Positions 56,692 through 64,000 of a stretch of 64,000 nt of DNA are shown here, in pieces. The DNA lies in assembly GCA_001179505.1 (NCBI GenBank), contig CDMY01000384.1:26468-90467 (forward strand), written 5' to 3'. This stretch comes from Vitrella brassicaformis CCMP3155 (Eukaryota; Protista; Chromerida). A model generated the notes under the pieces. That model was not told the origin of the DNA and made no database searches. It saw only the letters and a program-made list of their open reading frames with translations. Each line of letters opens with the position of its first letter. The stretch's first letter is position 1. Both the position numbers and the translations under genes were made by a program.

Positions 56692-59089
56692 TCAGTCTTC
56701 CGACCGCCTCTCGTTCGAGCAAGCCCCCTCCCCCTGCTTCTCGGCAGCGCACATCATCTGGCTCTCCCTCGCCTCCTCCTCACTATCCTCTGTGTGCTTG
56801 TCCTCATCCTCGAAGGCACCCAAAACGTCGTTGAGGGTACCGAAGGCGGCTTGGAGCATGTCGTCCAGAGGGTCCGACTGGCGCCTGCCGCGTGCCGGTG
56901 CGGCATCATCCCATCCCTCGTCGGTCTCGTCCACCACCCGCCCACCATCTTCGTCGTCATCCTTGTCCTCCTCCTCGTTGTCGTCCTCTTCCTCTTCCTC
57001 TTCTTGCTGTTCGGCCGCCCTCTGCGCTGATGCACTGGGGACATAGTCCGAGTCGGAGCTCCTGTCGTCATCGTCAAGGTCGGGCACATACCAATGCGAC
57101 CCGCGACTGACGGAACAAACACAGCACAACAACACATGAAATACATACACGTGTGGTGTGTGGTGTGGTGGGTGTGTTGTGCGGTCATTGATCACCCCTC
57201 ACCCGTCCAGGTCGATGTGATCCCATTTTTCCTCATCCCCGCCTCTCCGTGTGTTGTCGCTGTCATCCTCCTCGCTGTCCAGCTCGCCATTGCCCGAGCG
57301 CTGCAGCCGCCTGAGCAGTGCCGCCAGGTGTCCGTGAGAGCCCCTGAGGCGACCACGGGGCCGCCTGTCGCGTTCCAGCTTGGTGGCCTTGCGCTTGTCC
57401 TCCTTGATGGCCAGCTGCCGCTTGTGCTCCGCCTTATCCACGTGCTTCCACAACAACACCTGCATACAACACGACGTGATGGCCCGGTGTTGCTCTCGAT
57501 GTGTGTGTGTCGATATGCAGTGCATGTGTCGGTGTCTGTCTGCATACCCGTCCGTCCCATGCGGCGCTGGTCATGCAGGGGTAGTAGGGATGCCAACTCA
57601 CGTCACGCACCGGGTTCCTGAACAAGCCATCCATCCATCATACATACTGTCCACCCAGTCGTGTGTGAGATGGGTGCATGGCTGTGCAGTGTATCTGTCT
57701 GTCTCTGTACCGTTCGCCAGGTCTCGAGTGGTGCAGCTTCTGAACTCGCTCGCCGGTGGTCAGATCCCAGATGTACACGCGGCCGTCAGCACTGCCAGAA
57801 TACACGTACCTGCACACACACACAACACACACACGGTGACAGTGCCGCGGATCATGTATATAGTCGTGTGCTGGTCTGTGTGTGTGTGTGCCGTGCCGAC
57901 CTGCTGCCTGTGCTGGCGGGTGAGAAGTTGCATCGTATGAGTGTTTTGAGGATGCTGTGGCCCAGGAAGGTGTGCACACTCTGGTCGTGGCTGTGACGGT
58001 GACGCGCAAGGGCGGGGTTCACCGGGTACCTGTCACACACACGGACAGACAGACACACCGACACACAGGGTCATGTTGCCCTTTCGCGTGTATGTGATAT
58101 GTGACCACCCTTACTGCTGCCATCTGTAGTCCCAGCTGGGCGCCGCTCTGGTGTTGCACTTGTCCTCGTTGCCGCACTTACGAATGTCCCACACCTGACG
58201 GATGCGCACAATCAAAGACAGCAGACAAACCACCCACCCACCTAGCAATTTCGTGTGTGTTTGTGTGTGTGTGTGTGTCTGTGTGACCTTGAGGAGCTGG
58301 TCCTTAGCGTTTGAGCAGAGGTAGAAGGAGTTGAAAGGCCGCGCCCTCACACACGTCAGTCCCTGAGTGTGGCCCACCAGCACCTTAGCCGACTTGACGG
58401 GCGGCGCCAGGCTGCTGCGACGACGCATGCTGAACACACAACACACACAAACAGAGAGAAAGAGAGAGCGTCAACACACATAGAGCCATCGAGTGCGAGT
58501 GGCTGGCTGACCCAAATCTCCATCTGCGTTGGGGGGCCTCCTCAGTGTCGTTGGAGTCCTTGAGTGCCTCCTCGGGCATGCATCGGAGGTCCCATATCTT
58601 GATCAGGTTGTCATCCGAGCCCGTGACGAACACGTTGTTGTCGAGCAGGCCGACAGAGCTGCCCAGCAGCTCTACCGTGTTGACGTCATCCTCATGACCC
58701 TGCACACACACACACGCAAGGCACGAACAGCAAAAGGGAGGGTGCCGACGGGTGTGCTGTGCTGTGCTGTGTGTGTTGTTGTCTTTGCTGTTGCCGACGT
58801 ACCTTGCCCTTGACGAGGGTCTTCTTGCGCTCGATGTCGTAGATGTAGAAGTAGCCATCGCTGGCCCCGGCGATCAGCTTGGTGCCATTCGCAGAGAACC
58901 GCACCGACCATATGCCGCCGTCCCACTGCGTGTCCATGTTGTGCAGCTCGTGGAACACCCGTTCGCCTCTGGTGTTGCAGATGGCCACGTATGGCGCGAT
59001 GGTCGTGTAGGCGAAGAACTGGTTGTCGGGGCTGATGGCCGTGTCAGTGATGGTCCAGTGCATCTCTGTCGCCACCACCTCCTTCAACA

Positions 59090-59123
<34 letters not shown>

Positions 59124-59686
59124 GAGAGAGAGAGAGAGAGATGTAGCACCGGCACACGTGGAGCACAGCCCGGCTGCCCACCTTGAACTTGTTGGGGTTG
59201 GTGCTGTCGTAGAGGCGGATCTTGGCGTCCTGGCACGCCGTGAAGAACAGCTTCCCGTCCGCGCCAAAATGCCCGCCATACACGCGGCTCCCGGGATACG
59301 CACACTTGTTCAGCGGAAGAGGACTGTTCGGCACCAGCGTCTGCAAAACCTGATGACACACAACCGACACACAAGCGAGACAGCGAAGAGCTTCCTCCCT
59401 CTGATCTCGGATGGTGCTCTGATTTCCTTACCTCTGCCTGTGCGTATCTGGGCATGTCCATGCCGCACCTCTGGAACCGCGCATGCCACTGCACTATGTG
59501 CCGCGGGCGGCATATGCGCAGGTCAGACACGAAGTCGAGCGTCCCGTTGTCCGCCTCCGCCGTGTGCTGCCGTACGCCTGTAATGGGGAGGGGTAGAGTG
59601 CATCTCTGTGCTGCCAGTTGACGTTTCTTGTCCGTACAGATCTGCTTACGTTTCTGGCGCGAATCGCTGCTTGAGGAGGCGGCCAT
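56692..59686 (-). CDS. DCAF11: WD40 protein DCAF11/WDR23 (LEC14B-like) with an acidic C-terminal extension
   Basis: YGGHFGADGKLFFTACQDAKIRLYD, WTITDTAISPD, GHEDDVNTV..GSDDNLIKIWDLR, GHTQGLTCV..SNAKDQLLK|VWDIRK, WDYRW, HTFLGHSILKTLIRCNFSP, YVYSGSADGRVYIWDL and VRDVSWHP. Confidence 0.85.
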
Positions 59687-59962
59687 TTGGGGATGAGTTG
59701 CCTTTCGCTTGCTGGCGCTTCGCGCCATCCAAAGGCGGCCCTTTGCGAGGTTTTGACTGGGGATTGCTGCGAGCTCAGCTCTGGAAACGAACCATTGGAG
59801 CTGAGAAGATGCCTTCCTCCGTGACCGTCGAAGACGCCCTGGCGTCAATGCCATCATCGAACGGCAAGAGAGAGCCGTGAGCGCTGCATATAATACGTTG
59901 GAAGGCCATTGGAGGATCATGGAGAGATCTTCAATGAGTCACCTTATCATCTTGCTCACGCG

Positions 59963-62900
59963 ATGGTGATTCTTCCGTCCGTCGTCTTTATCTCCCTCTT
60001 CTTCTCTCTCGTGGCGCGTGCGCCCGTCCGCACATCGTGGAGTGCATCCCCTCCCCTCCCTCCTGGATGGCGTGATCCTAGGCGGCTGAAGCTCCTGCGA
60101 CGGTTTGCCGCCTTCTTTGTGGATGATCGTTATTTTTTTCCAGAATCTGATGACGGCTTGTGGCTTCAAGCTGATGAAGGCTTGAATCGAGGCGACAACA
60201 TCCTTCCCTACACCGAAATGGAGGAGCTGGAGCGGTGCGATTCGTGTCAGGAGGATGCGGCGGCCCTGTTCGAGTGGTCTCATGAGTCTGGATTGGTTGA
60301 CGACGACTCCATCTTCACCTTTGAGACCAACCTGTGCGTCGTGCCGTTCATCACGTGTGTGCGGCTGACAGAGGTGCTGGCGGATGGCGGCCCACGAGAG
60401 GGATATATGGTTGTTCTGACGCCAGATGACAATTTCATGGCGCTATCGGATGTGCCGCAGATCCTGTGGCGGCGAGGTCAGAAGCCTTTGGTCTTCTCGC
60501 CGTCGTTTTATCGGCTCCGGCACATGGCATGTTTTCTTGCCCATAATATGCCCATGCAGGGGAGTCTGGGTGATGACATCGCCAAACTGACCTCTCTACG
60601 TGTCATCTACATGTTGGGAGCAGAGGTGAGCTCATTCTAGTGAGCACATTCATTACTTATCCACACACATGTTCGTGTGTACGCTTTTTTCAGAACAGCA
60701 CCACCATGGATAAGTTGGAAGGCCCGCTTCCCGCTACTATCGGCGAGCTCCCCTATCTGAAGGGCCTGTACATGATATTGATGCCCTCGATGAGTGGTGT
60801 CATCCCGCCCTCTCTCTTCAGTCTATCGCGCCTCGAGGCTCTCCAACTCTCGAACACAGGCCTCTCAGTGTCCATCCCTGGATACATCGGCCGATTCCAG
60901 CGCCTACGAGTGCTAGTAATAAATTCCAACAACCGATGGGAGCAAGGCTTTCCAGTTAGTGTGATGTCTTGCCGCAATCTGACCAGACTGTCACTCCGTG
61001 GCCACGCTCTCGTTGGCCCGCTGCCTGACAACCTGGGCGCCCTTTCTCGATTGGACTGGCTGGATCTGAGCGACAATAAGCTGAGTGGGGAACTGCCTTA
61101 GTCACTGGTTCAGCTGAGCCGGCTGCTGTGGTTGCATTTGAGCAACAATCGATTCAGTGGCCCGCTGCCGGACGGGCTTGGCAGCAACATGGACAGCCTA
61201 CGGGAGCTGCATATGTCGTCCAACAACGTGCGTAAGACATAGCCGAGAGAGACGCAATGTATGTTTGAGGGCTGCTTGTGTTAGTAGACTGGTTCTTTCT
61301 CTTCTTCGTTTCAGTTTTCCGGCCCATTGCCCCCCTCCCTAGGCAATGCGGGCAAACTGTGGGGAGTGTGGTTGAATGAGAACTCGGTACGTACACTTAC
61401 AAACACGTAACGCTTCACATATTACTCTGTCCACATAGTCTTGCATTGACAGCTGTCGGGCGCCTTACCGAGTACACTGAGTGGCTGGAAGTCGGTTCAG
61501 TATCTATACATAAACAATAACAACTTTAGCGGCACGCTGAAGCCGCTGAGCAATCTCACGTCGCTCAGGGCATTGTGGGTGGCAAATAATTCGGTGAGAA
61601 GGATGAGAAATATTTAGAAGCGACATTTGGTAGGGACTTGTGTGTCATTGCAGTTTGAGGGTCACCTGCCCGTCGGGTTTCAGACTTTGAAGAATCTCAC
61701 TGAAATCCACGCAGCAGAGAACCGGTCCAGGATGCGCCAGACATATTGCATGCAATGAATGGGCCTGTGAATTGTCAGATTGATCAGCTTCTCCGATTAC
61801 GACTACATTATCGGTTTCGACTACAGTGGCGCAGGGTACGAGAGCCTTAGGCATTTGGATCTCTCATTCAATCATATCGAGTGGTCCATCGACCTGTCTA
61901 TCTTCCCTAACCTCGAATACGCCGACCTGAGCAACAATCTCATCACGGGTTTCGCCAGAAACGGACGGAACACGATCCCACAATCGTTCGCACCCCAGCT
62001 ATATATACATATTCACACACACGCGCACACTGAGATAGAGACATTGTTTGTGTTGTGTCGCAGTCGGTGTGTTTTTTACGTGCATGTCCGTGTGTCAGGT
62101 TGAAAGTGTTGCATCTAGAGCACAATCTGCTGACCGCCCTGCCGGAGGGCTTCCGCTCAATGCCCAATTTAGAGACACTTCACCTCGCCAACAATCACAT
62201 CAGCCAGTGGCCCAAGTGGGGTTCCACACCGAGCGGCTTCTGCGATAACGACCACCTAAGTCAGCTACTGACACGCAATAGAGGCGGGCAGGTAGTCATA
62301 TGTCTACAGATGTGTAGTTGGTGCGTATTTGTGTGCGATGGATTGATAGCGGCGGCAGCGTCGGAAGGCAATATCTTGAATGTGCTGAGGAGTTTGTTGA
62401 ATTCAACTTACTTTCCACTCCCACCCGACTGGGGTTCTCTCACACACTTGGATGTGTCCAACAATCCCATCGCAGTCGACGCGACCGAGTTTTTTATGCC
62501 CCTCAAATGGCAGGACAAGTAAGTGAAGATTACTGGCTTTCTGTGACTTGCTCTGTCTCTTTGTGTGTGTGTGTGTGACAGTTTGCAGGTGTTGGAAGCA
62601 TCGAATTGTGAGCTGGATGGGTTACTAGGTTGTGAGGCCTCCTTTGTGTTCGACCGTGCGGCTCTGGAGGAGGAAAAGACGATCCTTGAGCAAGCCAGCA
62701 GCACCTCATCGGTGAGCACACGCTATTGGAAAACGCGAAGATACACAAGTACTTCGGCAGAAAACCACTCAGTATGTGCACTGTGTACAGCAGACGATCG
62801 ATTGGTGGCATCTCTTTTGGCCCATGCCCAACCTTGGGAAAATCTCGTTGAGCGACAACAACATCACCGCCATCGACACGACTGAAACATGGAAGGCATG

Positions 62901-64000
62901 GGAGTCATCGATGTACCACCTTGATCTGCGGAATAACTCCCTGAGACGAGTGACCAGCTACCCCGACCTCTTTGAATCAATCGACAATCTGAAGCTTGCT
63001 CAGAACCCAGACCTGAAAAGAGAGCAGACTGCGGCATGTATCAGCCTTACAGCCATCGAGGTGAGAAGAGATTAAGCGGAGCATTCATACGTGTGTCGCT
63101 GGTCGTGGTAGTATATGTATTGTTTCGTGTGTGTCTCTTTGATGTCTGTGCGTGTGTGTGTGTGTGCTCGTGCTACAGAAGTGTCAAGATTTGCGTCGAG
63201 ACCTGAATTTGACACACAAGAATTTCAGTTGGTGTCCAGATAAGGAAACATACGAACTCAGGCCGCTCGTACCCGACCCGCTCGGTAAGTGACACAGCAA
63301 AGTGGGAGCAGACATCCACCGTGGATGCCTCTGTGTGGCTGGTGTAGGATATTCGGCGCGGAGATCAGACAACGGTGAGGAGCGTTTTGAGTGTACAGAG
63401 TTTTGCGCTGCATGGAATCAAGTTGAGGTGAGACATATAAAGTTAAGACACAGGACCATATCCGAAGCACAGCCAATGCGCTTCTGATAGGTTGACTACA
63501 CCTTCGACTCAGATGCCCTTTGTCGCTGCCTACCCGGCTATGAGGGCACGGGCATCAACTGTACTATGTGTCCGGCAGGGACATACAGCAACAGACAAGT
63601 CGGAACACAAACGTGCAAACAATGCCCCGATGATGCAGGTAAGATGCAAGCAGTATGTGATGATCATCTTGACGACTCTCACTCGACTCTCACTGTTGGT
63701 CTACTTATATGTGTCGGCAGGTTCTCATGAAGGCTCAGCTGCATGCTACTGTCGTCTTGGTTATGAGCGTGGAAACGAGCCGTGTGAGCCATGCACAGCA
63801 GGGTCTGTTGGTGTGCGCATGGGGGGCGACGGGAGCGAGAGTCTCGAAACGTGGACGTGCAGGGATTGCCTGCCTGGCCTGAACTGCTCTCTTCCCGTCA
63901 ACTACAATGCAAGTGTGCTGCCGTCGTTCTTCCAGCTCACTGTCCAGCTGCAGTCGGATGGCTTATCGCACAACGCCACACGAGAAGTGACGACGTAAGA
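59963..64000 (+). CDS. Secreted/surface leucine-rich-repeat protein with a C-terminal Cys-rich (EGF/ephrin-receptor-like) region; continues beyond the window
   Basis: Signal MVILPSVVFISLFFSLVARA. Plant-type LRRs such as LSRLDWLDLSDNKLSGELP and LRHLDLSFNHIEW. Ends with CYCRLGYERGNEPCEPCTAG..CRDCLPGLNC. Confidence 0.8.

Noticed and set aside
1-64000. tRNA/rRNA/snRNA genes and autonomous transposons
   Set aside because: The GTTCGA words inspected lack cloverleaf context. No rRNA-like, RT, integrase or transposase motifs were seen by eye; tRNAscan/Infernal was not run.
1-64000. Many small ORFs rich in HTHT, CVCV, DRQT, SLSL
   Set aside because: These are translations of intronic (CA)n, (GT)n, (CAGA)n and (CT)n microsatellites.

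Overview
This is eukaryotic, GC-rich, intron-dense DNA whose introns are full of microsatellites ((CA)n, (CAGA)n, (GGAT)n, (GA)n). At least one plastid-type bipartite leader and the gene set point to a chromerid alveolate such as Vitrella; this is inference, not a database match. About 20 spliced genes can be reconstructed by eye, so exon boundaries are approximate. Housekeeping genes include RPC11, LSM4, primase large subunit, UAP56, DCAF11/WDR23, two KH proteins, TMEM220, DUF1232, DUF1118, an MLO-like protein, a TerD-repeat protein and an LRR protein. The standout is a roughly 18-intron, single-module membrane NRPS (33751-40065, minus strand). It has the A-T-(TM-C)x3 architecture of epsilon-poly-L-lysine synthetase (Pls), intact core motifs and a basic-amino-acid pocket code (DAESIGTVVK), suggesting homopoly(amino acid) biosynthesis in an alveolate. 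Convergent with it is a giant secreted protein built of alternating unrecognised beta-rich and Cys-rich modules joined at phase-1 introns, a GH13 amylase domain with degenerate catalytic motifs, and trefoil-like domains. Also present are two long intergenic fold-back hairpins, an inverted and 3'-truncated gene duplicate 35 kb from its paralog, an internally duplicated gene, several dispersed repeats and one 300-N assembly gap. No tRNA, rRNA or CRISPR array was seen.
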